From contig JAUCBJ010008848.1 of assembly GCA_032718475.1 (NCBI GenBank), forward strand, positions 36,395 through 100,394: a DNA stretch of 64,000 nucleotides, read 5' to 3'. Origin of the DNA: Nemertoderma westbladi. Taxonomy: Eukaryota > Animalia > Xenacoelomorpha. The translations under genes and the position numbers were made by a program. A model generated the notes under the pieces. That model was not told the DNA's origin and made no database searches. It saw only the letters and a list, made by a program, of their open reading frames with translations. Positions 48,833 to 60,400 of the stretch are shown here, one piece after another. Every line of letters begins with the position of its first letter. Positions within the stretch are counted from its first letter, which is position 1.

Positions 48833-51054
48833 TGAAAGATCCTCTACGGTAAGAACTATCCCACGGCCTAAAAATCTACTAATACGAAGCTATAGAATAT
48901 CCCTTACTGTGGAGTCCAGTAGTATACCGCTTACCAGATCCTAGTAACGATGTATCTTACTGTAAGATCTAGTAATGTAACGGACTCGTACAGTATCTGA
49001 CAACAAATCCCAGTCCAGGGTATCTAATCAAACAGATACAATACACAAACGGCTACTGGCGAGGAGCAGAGCCTAGTGTCTATTCTATGTACGTGAGCGG
49101 GTCTAATGCCTACGAACTAGACAAAAGGAAACCTGTCCTCTAACCGGTGAGGCAGATGTACAGTTACAGTAACAGACCAAACTCACGGGAAAACAATCCC
49201 CGCGCAGCGAATCCTAACTATCGCTGACAGTCCTAAATACCGTAACTTGCCGCGGTGTGATTTATATGGTTTATATACGAGCTAGTGGGTTAACAGACCT
49301 AGCGTAACAATACTGATCCCGTATTAAATCAGTCTAAAGGGGGTCGTGCCTAATGTAACAATACCGCTGCTCAGACAAACAACAGTTTAATAACGAAATA
49401 AATACTCCTTCTTGCCGTAACTAAATATCAGATCCTAAATTTACAAACTACGAATAGTAAATTACAGATAAATTCTGCCTAAAAGTAATCTAAAGTGCGC
49501 TATAACTAGTAGAATTCTAAGGGTAAATATGTTTTAGGGCGTGTGTGTGTGGGTGTGTTACAATAAAACAATTTTGGTGTATATCATTTTACAAGGTTTT
49601 AGTAATTTTCTGACCAAAACAATACCGTGCGCTAGCTATGAAAACAAGCTAGTCGCGTTTTGTAGAACTTTATACTTACAAATGACGTCAAAGCTCTCTC
49701 CTTCCTATCCACAACTCAACCGGGCAATTACGGTGTTAGTAACTACACCCGTGATCGGCACAAATACCAGATTCTGGTTGTAAGATAAGAAATAGGGGTT
49801 AATTGCTACCGTATGTTAGCTGATCTGATATACAAATTTGATTCTAGAACTTTGTTGCCGCGGTGGTTAGCAGCAATACCTATCAGTACGTGGCAAGGCG
49901 CGGTAGGATATTAATAAACCTCCCTAGGCCAAGCGAAGTGCCGGTAGCAGAAATACTCCTTGCCTGATCAAATAACTAAGGTTCAGTCAGGGGGGGGGGG
50001 GGGGTACTAATGTATGTTCTACAAAGCAAACCAGTACCGAACTGTCAGTATTACGAATCACTAAATTATGGAACATATGCTGTCTGTACCTAATATGTCC
50101 TCGCGTACTGACGAACGGCAATAGTTCGCACCTGTGAGATATACAGGTTAACCCAGGGATTTGTAATACGGGGGGGGGGGGGGGGGGGGTTCTGTCTGAA
50201 TCTAACTATTTGATCCTAAATTTTGCGGCGTCCCAGGATGGCGTCACGCTTACCCTGATCTATAGGTCTTACGTCGGGCAAGGGCGTCAAACAAAGTCTT
50301 ACCTTCCTCGGAAATCGGGCGCTGCATGGCAAAGGTGGAGTATTTCGAAGGGCGAAGGGGGTGCGTGGTCTAATCTAATGTGGGCGCTAGCGTGTTGTGG
50401 ACATCTTCCCTGCGTTGCTGACGGCCTAACGGTCTAGGCGGCCATCTTCCCAATGCTTGGCTGTCCCAATGGTGGACGATTGGAAATATACATGTTCAGA
50501 AGTTTATAGTATATTTACAGTTTTACAAAGATTTATCAAACAGATTACTAGATTTATAACAAAAGAAACAAATACTAAGTTAACAAGAGTTAACATTAGA
50601 GAGTGATAACTAGAATGATAAGCAAGTGTAAGTGGATGATAACCGAAGGCAAACCAGCCCTTATATACTAAATCTGGGACATAGAATCGGCTAGAACCTT
50701 CCAGAGCATTCCATGGCCTCACATTGGAGCAATAACATGTTCCATGCCCTATGATTGGCCCAACTCATCATTCCATGTGTTGTACGCACCTCATTGGTTT
50801 ATCAAATTATATCAAATGAAAATAAATTGCCCAAAAATGCAAATTTCCCAACTGGGATTCGAACTCGTAACCTAGCTGTAATGTAACCAACGCCTTAACC
50901 ATCTGACCACTGCGCCATTAGATTACGTACGGGTTTTATGTGTACCAATATGAATAGGCATATTACATTACTGTAATTTAATCAAAATGCGTCAGATTTT
51001 AGAAAGTTTTAACATTAAACTACAAATGCTATCTTATAGTGAAATAATCCATCA
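48833..51054 (-). repeat. 5' LTR of A (2222 bp)
   Basis: TG...CA, matches 4723-6717 plus 13858-13881, followed by TSD ACATC. Confidence 0.92.
50847..50916 (-). other. tRNA-derived segment with Pol III A and B boxes (SINE-head-like) inside the A 5' LTR
   Basis: GGCGCAGTGGTCAGATGGTTAAGGCG...GAGTTCGAATCCC; acceptor stem does not pair well. Confidence 0.65.
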
Positions 51055-51059
51055 ACATC

Positions 51060-53205
51060 CTCCGCGAAAGCAAGAAGGGTGTTAGAGATAGATCTGGCGT
51101 GTCAATTAGACATGGTGGCGCTAGACCAGAAAGAATTAGAGAGGCAGTTTGATGAGGGAACTGTGTTGCTAGAGAAAGAGAGAGAGTTAGCGAGGGAGTG
51201 TAGAGAGAGAGCCGAGAGGGTGGCCAGGAATTGTAGAGAGCAAGAAGAGAGGGAGAAAGAGGAGCATAGAGAGCGGGTGGCGAGAGAAACAGAGTTGGCG
51301 AACCAGAGTTTGCGAGAGGATAGAGAAAGAGAGAGGGCGGGGAAGCGCATGCGGGATGATATGCATGCCCGGTTGAGGGGGGTTATGCAATATCAGGCCA
51401 AACAGAAGCGCCGACTGGAACTGGCGCAGTTGGGATTATCCGAGAGTGAGGCTGGCTCGGGTAGTATTTACGAGGAGCCAGAGGTTATGGAAACGTCTGT
51501 TAATACCCCACTTACAGGGACCGGACGACAGACCAAAGACGGGTGTGATCGTATGGGTGGGGGGGGGGGGGAGTAATAATAATACGTTAGAAGGCGTTAA
51601 CATTAATAGTACCGTAGTAGACAACCATAATCAAACTTTCATTCCAGGAAATAATATTTTGTCCGATAATAATAATTTAAATCCGAGTATCCCTAATTTA
51701 AACGCACATAATAATCCAAATAATTCAAATAATAATCTAAACCGAAATATAGAAAATAATTCAAAGGTACAAAGTAATTCGAATAATTTAAATTTAAATG
51801 TACAGAGCAATCTAAATAATAATTTTAATTCAAACGAACAAAATAATCCCGATTCTAATCCAAATATACAAAATAATTTAAATAATAATCCGAATTCAAT
51901 ACAGAATAACTCCAATAATTTAAATAATTTGAATAATAATGTTGATAATGGTGCTATTAATATAAACGCGGCAGACGTAGGTGGTCCGACCAGCGAGAGC
52001 CTGCAAGGCCACATAATTAGTACGCAGGGGGTACCGGGGGTGAGAGACCCCGACGGGAGCCTGGAAGGCCATGTAGTTAATACGCAGGGAGTAGCGGGGG
52101 TGAGTCAAGCCGACGGGTGCCTGCCAGGCCACGCAGTGATAGAGGGAGAGGCTAGGGTGAATAGACCCAGCCGCAGTAGAGATAGTGTGTCGACTAGAGA
52201 GGGGTGTAGAAGCAAAGCGAGAGATAGTGAAGGAATAGGTGGCGAGTGGGGGGGGGGGGGGGGCTACAGGCGCCCCACAACGAGAGATTAGCAGCGAGAG
52301 GGGGGGGGGGGGGGGCAGAGAGTGTCCCACAGGCGTCGGTGGATAATGCGCGGGGCGAATTAGGTGAACCGCAGCGCCCAGCGACGGAGAATAGTAGGGG
52401 GATTACGAATATTCCCAGCGGCGTGCGACTGGCTAGAGAGAGGGAGGTTGGCGTCGCGAGCGGGCGAGCGACGAGATGTCGAGCCCAGTCAGAAGAGGGA
52501 AGAAGAACAGTGGAGTTTAACCGGGAGGTCGACGAGAGATCTCACAAGCGGGGACGCTACACTGAAGAGAGAAGAAGAGAAGATAATAGAAGAAGCGTCG
52601 TTACGAGCGACCGGAGAGCGAGGACGGATAGCGAGCCGTCGGTAGTAGAGATGGAGTTGGAGAGTCAGTGGGGTCGAACTCCGGGAGATTGCTGTCGCCC
52701 CGGAGAGACGGAACCTGGCGAGGTGTACTATACGCCGAGAGAGGAGTACAGGGCGTACCGGTACGAGGACGAGAATAGGAGAGGGGACCGAAGAGAAACT
52801 TCCTGACGGGATATAGCTGCCGATCGAGGGTACGGTAGTCGCGGGGAGGACTTCTTGGATTATTTGAGAAGGTTAAACTTCGGTCTGGAGGGACACATAC
52901 AGACTGCAGGACATACTGTAGGCCTTACTGCACATACTATAGGCCATGCTGGGAGAGATAGTGTAGGCGATAGGGTAGCGTGGACGACGGGATTAGACCC
53001 GGAAGTCGCGGAGTATATACCGGTAGGTAGGCCAGAAGTGGATAGGCCTATAGCGGTACCAGCACAACAGTATGACTATAACATGCAGGGACATAACATA
53101 TACCCGGTTGAGGGAGTTATTGCAGATAGATGGATGGGCCCCAATATATTAATATCAACCCCAGTACCAAACATAACACCAGTGGGGGGGGGGGGGGCAG
53201 GGTGA
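51060..53205 (+). pseudogene. Element C ORF continuation (E/R coiled coil, Asn-rich tract), frameshifted at poly-G runs
   Basis: Consecutive ORFs 51079-51576, 51446-52291, 52246-52806 and 52855-53205, with frame changes at G homopolymers. Confidence 0.6.
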
Positions 53206-53796
53206 CATTTCCCCAATACAATATCCGCAATATAGACAACCAAGAACAAGAAGGATTCGACGAAAAGAGTGGGGTGGAAAGTGAGACGAGCTAGAGGGGG
53301 GAAGATGGGTGGGTGCCTGATGGAGGAGTGGCCCTTAGGTTGCTGAGTGGTCCAATAGGTTGGACCGAGAAGGGTACGGACGTGCCGATGTGAAGGTGTA
53401 GGTAGTTAAAGAGAAACATACGCACTGAGGTAGACTGAGGGCGTCACGTGCGGGATCGAAAGGGGGGTATGTACGCATACCGTTGGTTGTCAGAAGTGGG
53501 ATAACCAAGAAGAGTATGGAGAGGGAGAAACCTGTGGGCATTGAGGGCATCGGGTGACCAGAACCCGAGAAGGATTAGAGGAAGAGAGTGGGGCGGAAAG
53601 TGAGGCGAGCTAGAGGGGGAAGATGGGAGAGATGAGAAGGTACAGGGGATGCTTTGAACTGAGCAGGGCACGGGCATGATGATGTGTTTGATGCAAGAGC
53701 AGGGTATGTTAATTAGGGTGGGTGCCGGGCACAAGAAGTTAGGGAGTGTGGTATATTGACATACCACGAGAGTAGTGGGAGGGTATGTAATACCGA

Positions 53797-54470
53797 GAGT
53801 TAATAGTTAGTTAGAGTTAGTAAGAGTTAGTAGAGAGTTAGTAGAGTTAGTAAGAGTTAGTAGTTGTTCACATAATTAACATACCCACTTTTACGGCACT
53901 CAGAGCATCATGTGCAGGCGAGGAGATGTAAAGGGGATAAGATGTAAAGGTAGATGTAGAGGAGATAAGATGTAGATAGAGTAGAGGAAGTAGATGCAGA
54001 GATAGATGTAGAGGAAGTAGCTAGAGGTGGAAGAGATGCCTGATGGAGGAGAGGCCCTTAGATTGTTGAGTCGTCCAAATAAAGTTAGAGTTAGGGAGTA
54101 AGAGGGTACGTAGTACCGTTAGTCGAGAGTAAGAGGGTACGCAGTACCGTTAGTTAGAGTTAGGGAGTAAGAGGGTACGTAGTACTGTTAGTAAAGTTAG
54201 AGTTAGGGAGTAAGAGGGTACATAGTACCGGTAGAGAGTTAGTAGATTTAGTAGAGGTAGAGAGTTAGTAGAGTTAGAGAGTTAGTAGAGGTAGAGAGTT
54301 AGTAGAGTTAGAGAGTTAGTAGAGGTAGAGAGTTAGTAGAGTTAGAGAGTTAGTAGAGGTAGAGAGTTAGAGAGTTAGTAGAGTTAGAGAGTTAGTAGAG
54401 TTAGGGAGTTAGTAGAGTTAGTAGAGCTAGTGGAGTTAGTAGAGTTAGCAGTAAGAGATTAGAGAGTACA
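53797..54470 (+). repeat. C-poor simple repeats (AGAGTTAGT, AGTTAGGGAGT, AGATGTAG) inside element C
   Basis: Direct inspection; a related block lies at 55938-56640. Confidence 0.85.
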
Positions 54471-55426
54471 ATATATCGTAGAAGTAGTAGCAGAGGGGTT
54501 GTGGGCACCGAAAGCGCCACGTAGTAAGAGAGGGGTACATAGCAGGGTACTGGGTACACATATTAGTAGGGCACATAGTACCATGGAAGTTGTGGGCAGT
54601 AAGGGCGACACGTAGAAAGGTAGATAGGATAATAGCGCAGACAGGGGGAACATGGGTAGAATAAAATAAAATTAAGAATATCAGGATCACCCCCGAACTA
54701 CAGAAGAGCCTTCAAGGTGGCCTTCGAAGGTCTCGTAGACCACCCGGGGCTGAAGGGCAAGTCGGTGTAATACAACAGCCGGCATCTAGTAGACAGGGAG
54801 GTGGATACACATATCAGAGGTGGGAGAAGTTGGAAGCGGATAGACTTGAGGAGAAGCGACTGGAAGAAGTTGCCAGATGAGAAAGGCGGAGAGAGACTGA
54901 AGTGGGTGAGACCGGGAGTGACGAGTCATATCACCTCCGAGCGGGGGGGGGGGGGGGGGGGGGGTTAAGGCGCGTCATGTAGACGAGCATATAATATAAT
55001 GTATATAATATATAATTATATTAATTAATTATTATATATAATTCGTATATATTATATAATATATACCGGAGTCAAGTACAACCTTTTTCCAACTAGCTAC
55101 TGGGACTGGGGACCAATCGACTATAACAGGAGGACGGGAGACTAGATGTGGCACTACACACTTCACACTTCTTAAGTGCGACGGCACGGAGGGGGAGGGT
55201 GAGGCTCGTCAGGAGTGAATGGGGTAAAGTGAGAAAGGGTTGAGTATAGAACACAGGGGAGATAGTGAGAGGTGGTGTTGAGGCATGTGGAGAGAGTACG
55301 GGTGCGATTCAAATGTGGGGGGGGGGAGGAGTAAGAGGCAGAGTGAGGGACAAAGAGGTCCGAAAGTGGAGTGGAGTTAGAGTGAAAGTAGAGAGAAGTT
55401 AGAGTCAGTTTAGAGTGGAGTGGAGA

Positions 55427-55880
55427 TTTAAAATTGTGTGAGATGAGTCCACAATTGTCTCGAACCGAGATGCCAGATGTCTTGGTGCAACATAGGTTGG
55501 GATTGCACCAAGAGGGGGTAGTAACATCATACCCAGAGGGAGCAGCCTGGAAAGCTGACTCCAAGTAAAAGAACTCCACTCCACACCCGATAGTAGATCG
55601 GGTTCCAGCGGAATTGAAGCGCACTCATAGGTGATGCTATCTTCTCACCGGGAAGATAGCATGGGGGGGAGTGTGAGCGGATTCAATTCCGCCTCATTAC
55701 CCCCATAAAGTTGGGAAGTGGCGTCTTTTTCAGCAATATTGGAGACACGAGATTGATAACAACCAATCTCGTATCGCACCCAATAACGGGGATAACACAC
55801 ACCCCAAAAGCCACACAAAGGGAGGTTAGAGGTCAAACCACCTCGACAGGGAAAAACAACCAACGGAACCAACAGGGGGG
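55427..55880 (+). repeat. Internal diverged duplicate of the C 3' end (pre-LTR region + PPT + first ~200 bp of LTR)
   Basis: Aligns with 56639-57090, including GGGGGGAG-TGTGAGCGGATTC. Confidence 0.88.
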
Positions 55881-56881
55881 GGGGGGGGGGGGTGGGAATG
55901 AGGGCGAGATGCCCTTCCCCACTCAACTAAGAAATTAAGTAGAAGTATGAAAGTTAGTAGAAGATAGTAAGAAGTTAGTAGAAGATAGTAAGAAGTTAGT
56001 AGAAGATAGTAAGAAGTTAGTAGAAGATAGTAAGAAGTTAGTAGAAGATAGTAAGAAAGTTAGAAGTTAGTAAGGAGTAAGAAGTAGGCACAATTAGGGA
56101 GTGTGGCATATAAACATACCACGGGAGTAGGAGGGTACGTGGTACCGTTAGGTTAGAAGTAGGCAGTAAGGGAGCGTGGTATATTGACATGCCAAGAGTA
56201 GTAGCAGAGGGGTTGTGGGCACCGTAAGCACCATGTAGAAAGTAGTAGTAGAGGGGTTGTGGGCACCGAAAGCGCCACGTAGAAAGAGAGTAAGAGGGTA
56301 CGTAGTTAGAGAGTTAGTAGAGGTAGAGAGTTAGTAGACTTAGAAGAGTTAGTAGAGTTGGAGAGTTAGGGAGTTAGAGAGTTAGTAGTAAGTAGTAAGT
56401 AAGAAGTAAGTAGCAAGGTAGGTAGAATGATAGCACAGTATAGTAGCATAAGAACTTAGCGCCTTTGGGAGTGGTAAAGAATAGAGGAGCACAGGGAAGT
56501 ATGGAGAGGAGGTGTTGACAGGATGAGAGAGAGAGAGTGAGAGGAGTGCGATTCAGAGTGGAGTTAAAGTGAGCAGAGTGAAGTTAGATAGAGTAAGTGG
56601 AGTTAGAGTGAGAAGTTAGAGTTCAGAGTGAGAGAGTTTTTAAAATTGTGTGAGGATTCCACAATTGTCTCAAACAGAGACGCCAGACGTCTTGGTGCAA
56701 CATAGGTTGCGGTTGCACCAAGAGGGGGTAGTAATATCATACCCAGAGGGAGCGGCCTGGAAAGCCGACTCCAAGAAAAGAACTCCACCCCACACCCGAT
56801 AGTAGATCGGGTTCCAGCGGAATTGAAGCGCACTTTTTAGGTGAGGCTATCTTCTCACCAGGAAGATAGCATGGGGAGGAG

Positions 56882-57474
56882 TGTGAGCGGATTCAATTCC
56901 TCCTCATTACCCTCATAAGTTAGGACAGTGGCGCCTTTTTCAGCAATATTGGAGATACGAGATTGGTAACAACCAATCTCGTATCACAACCAATAACGGG
57001 GACAACACAAACCCCAAAACCACACAAAGGGAGGTTAGAGGTCAAACCAACTCGGAAGGGAAAATAACCAACAGGGGCCAACAGAGGGGGAAGCACTCCC
57101 AGAGAGGTGAGAGGCGTGAAGTAGGTTATCAGCCAATAGGAGCCGGGGAAAGCATCCACTGGACAAAGGCCACAGTAATGTAGGAATGATTAGATATATT
57201 ATCAATGTGTTGAGATACCAATTCTGTTATTCAGTCATTAGTTTGAGTGCAGACCGGTGATATCTTTCACCGTCACCGTCACTACATATCATCAATATTC
57301 TACCTACCGGTACACTGCTATTGTCAACAACACCAAATTAACTGTGCTATTATTTACTATTCATATTATCAATTATCAATCGTATATCAAGACGGCAACA
57401 ACAAACTCCTTTATTTCAAATACTACGGTGACGCGTAATCTGACATCCGGTCGGGATCCCTTGATCCCATCACA
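56882..57474 (+). repeat. 3' LTR of element C
   Basis: Preceded by PPT, ends CCCATCACA, followed by TSD ATCTG. Confidence 0.9.
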
Positions 57475-60400
57475 ATCTGGTGGACAGTCCTGCGAACAAT
57501 CTGGTGAACAATCTAGTAAAACGTCTGGTGAAATCTCCCGCGGAACATCCGGCAAAAGTTTCGTTGGAACGTTCGGTAGAAGGTCTGGTGAGACGTCTGA
57601 CGTAATGTCTGGTGGAATGTCCAGGATAATAGACTTAACTTGTCCTTGTTTCCTTTTGATTTGGCGCTTGCTTTTGCCTTCAACTTGACTACAGAGTCGA
57701 TTTTTATCTTGGCACCTTCCGGTATGGTGTTCGATGTTGCGTCGGTCGAAAAGCAGCGGCCATTCGTCCGATGGTCATTGTAGGAAGTCAGATCCTTTAA
57801 ACCAGAAGGATTTATTGTGGGGTTTACAAAAGTCTATGGGCAACATTCCCCGTGACGCGTTGTCAGCCGGGTTCAGTTTCCCTGGGCACTGGGCAGTGAT
57901 GCCAGTCCTGTTTGAGCGACCTGTCTAGTATTTCAGCCCGTCTGTTAGCCACAAAAGTCTTGAACTGAAACGTCTCATTATTAATGTACCAAAGCACTAA
58001 CGTGGCATTAGTCCAATATGTGACTTTCAAATTGGCCTCCAACTCGCGCTGGACTAGAATGATGATGTTGGTAGATATCGTCCTGGCTTGAAGCTCTCCC
58101 CGAAGCACTGTCATGTATTTCCAAGGCATTGTCTTAGCCTTCGAGGTTACAAAAGATACCTCATAACTGTCTGATGTCATTTGTCTACATAGGTATAGAG
58201 TAACCCCCAGCCCGTCCTTGCTAGCATCACTAAAACTGTGCAGTTCCAGATCTACAGGAAAGGTGGCCTGCAAGGGAAAGTATACTCTTGGGATGGTATA
58301 GTCTTGTAGGAGCGCCAACTGTGCCTCCCAGTTGGCACTGGAGTTTCCTCTCCTCCACTCCCAGATCCTTGAAAGCGCGACATCCACGTAACTTGTGTCC
58401 GCTATATTGTCCACCATTTCGTTCGCAGAACTGACATCCACTAAAATCTACAGACAGCTGCTGTCACGACTGTTTGGTGCCAATAGGTGTCAGAACCTTA
58501 GAGGTATCTGTTGGGGTAGCATAGGTCATGGCCTTCGCGTTCGTCGGAACTTGTTTGGTCCGGTTCAGTGCAGCAATTGTAATTCCTTCTGCCGTGATGT
58601 GATGGTCCGTATAGATATACCGGGTCTCCACTATGGCCTCCCGTGAGATCAATTGGTAGACATCCATTAATCGCAACAATCCACCGGCCTCTTCTCGCTG
58701 GTACTCTACCCTGCGTCATTTTCGACGCAACCGATGGTGGAGTTGGCTGATAATCCTAATTAGAACTGTCGGAGCATTGGCGTATTTGAGTTGACTGATA
58801 GACCGCAAAGTCCCTATAGCATTCTTTATCTCGTCCGCCAGGCGTAGAAGATCTATAGGTTTCGAAATAGGTCCGCCTCTACAGAAGTCTTCTATAATCG
58901 ATTTGGCCATAGCTACGTTACGACCGTATATGGAAAATAGAAGGTCGTACGCTAGCTCGAAGGTGTCTGGAACATTAATAAAGGTCTCTGCCAACCTCTT
59001 GGGCTCACCCAAAAGGACCTGAAGCAGGTAGTTGAACTTCTCTGTAGAGGTGAAGGCACACATGGCGATCTGGGATTCAATGAGGCCCACCAGTGTACGC
59101 CAGTGCTTCGCGTTGCCAGAGAACTTCAGCGGTTGTTGTGTCTTAATCCGTGACTGGCTGCAAATTTAGTTAACTACATCCAACTGTCCGCGTCCCTGTC
59201 CGGCGATGGCGTTCAGTCAGTCCTGTCTGCATGTTGTTTGTGGATATGGATCGTAATCGATGGGATCTTCTCCTCAAGGATTCGGGGTCTGTCGTGCTTC
59301 TGGCTCTCGATAGGGTGGTCGCTGTGGTTGAGGTTGGGGTTGCTCTAACTTTGCGCTGGCTTGCGATCGATCCAAAGGCGGCGCTTTAAGCCGCTCTTCG
59401 AGTTGAGCCAACAGGTCCGCTACAGGTCGCATTATCTCAGTGAGTTGTGTAGTACTAATTGTCTCTGCTGGTTGCGCCGTAGGTTTTGAATGGGTGTTTT
59501 GTGTGGAGGGTTGTCGATATATGGGTTCGTCGATCTCTCCTGCCGCTCCAGTATGGAATATCTCCCGTTCCGTAGACTACGCGTCGCTAGTTGAGTCGCT
59601 GTCGTCGGGATATGGTGGCTGGCGGGTTTGCGTTCGGCGTATTATTCTAGTCGGCTGCGTTCGTTTTGGTTTGACATCCACTGTTCTTCGTTGTTTGGTA
59701 GGCTCACAAGCCTTCCACGAAGTTGTAGATTTCGATAAATGCGGTTCGAATCTGTGGGTACTACCCACATCTACGGTTCTTCGTCGTTCAGTAGGCTCGC
59801 AAGCCTTCCACGAAGTCGTAGGTCTCGATACACTTTGAGTGAGTGGTCAGGTAAATACGTCAGAGTTAGGAGGTACTGTTGGTCTATAAGTAACGGGGTT
59901 CACACAGCACGTGACAGGTTTAACTGGAACCGGTTTACTCACCTGTTTTATTGTCATAAAGGCAGGTCTGTCTCTCTCTACAAGTAAACTACGGCTTACA
60001 GTAGGTGGACTACTGACCTTACCAGCTAGAATCGGCGATGAAGTCGCTCATGGCTGTGGAACTGATTCTGGTATAACAAACCTGTTACTTTGAGTTGCAT
60101 GCACAGGCGATATTTCCTTTGGCTTCGCATCTATAATAGGCTTTACTGGAGTGGTCGACTTGAGTATAGAAATAACTTGGGGAAAATGCTGACAATAATC
60201 CTCGACAAATTCCTCTCCCTGCTCGATCGCTCCTACACTTCCTTCCTCTATTCGTTTCTGGATTCCACGATATCAAGTCTTCATGCGATCCGGGGCAGAC
60301 AAGTCATGCCCAGCTCGAGACCTTATAGATCTATTTCTCGCATTAAGTTTGAGGTCCTCTTGCACGATCGCTAACTCACGCGATCTGTGATTTAGTTCGA

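Larger units (their letters stand above)
4723..51054 (-). mobile_element. BEL/Pao LTR retrotransposon A (~2.2 kb LTRs, gag-pro-RT-RH-IN plus accessory ORF), heavily nested
   Basis: TSD ACATC (4718-4722, 51055-51059); LTR ends TGAAAGATCC...AATCCATCA; PPT GGAGCGG (minus) at 13882-13888; BEL-type protein motifs. Confidence 0.93.
3324..57474 (+). mobile_element. LTR retroelement C, probably non-autonomous (gag-like ORF, no recognisable pol); host of element A
   Basis: TG...CA direct repeats 3324-3919 and 56882-57474, TSD ATCTG (3319-3323, 57475-57479), purine tract GGGGAGGAG before the right LTR. Confidence 0.88.

Noticed and set aside
50847-50916. Functional tRNA gene
   Set aside because: Acceptor and anticodon stems do not pair convincingly.
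54085-54410. Telomeric TTAGGG array
   Set aside because: Only scattered TTAGGG within degenerate AGTTAG repeats inside element C.
55427-57474. DIRS/Ngaro split direct repeats
   Set aside because: TG..CA LTRs, a PPT and a 5-bp TSD indicate integrase-type insertion; no tyrosine recombinase ORF.
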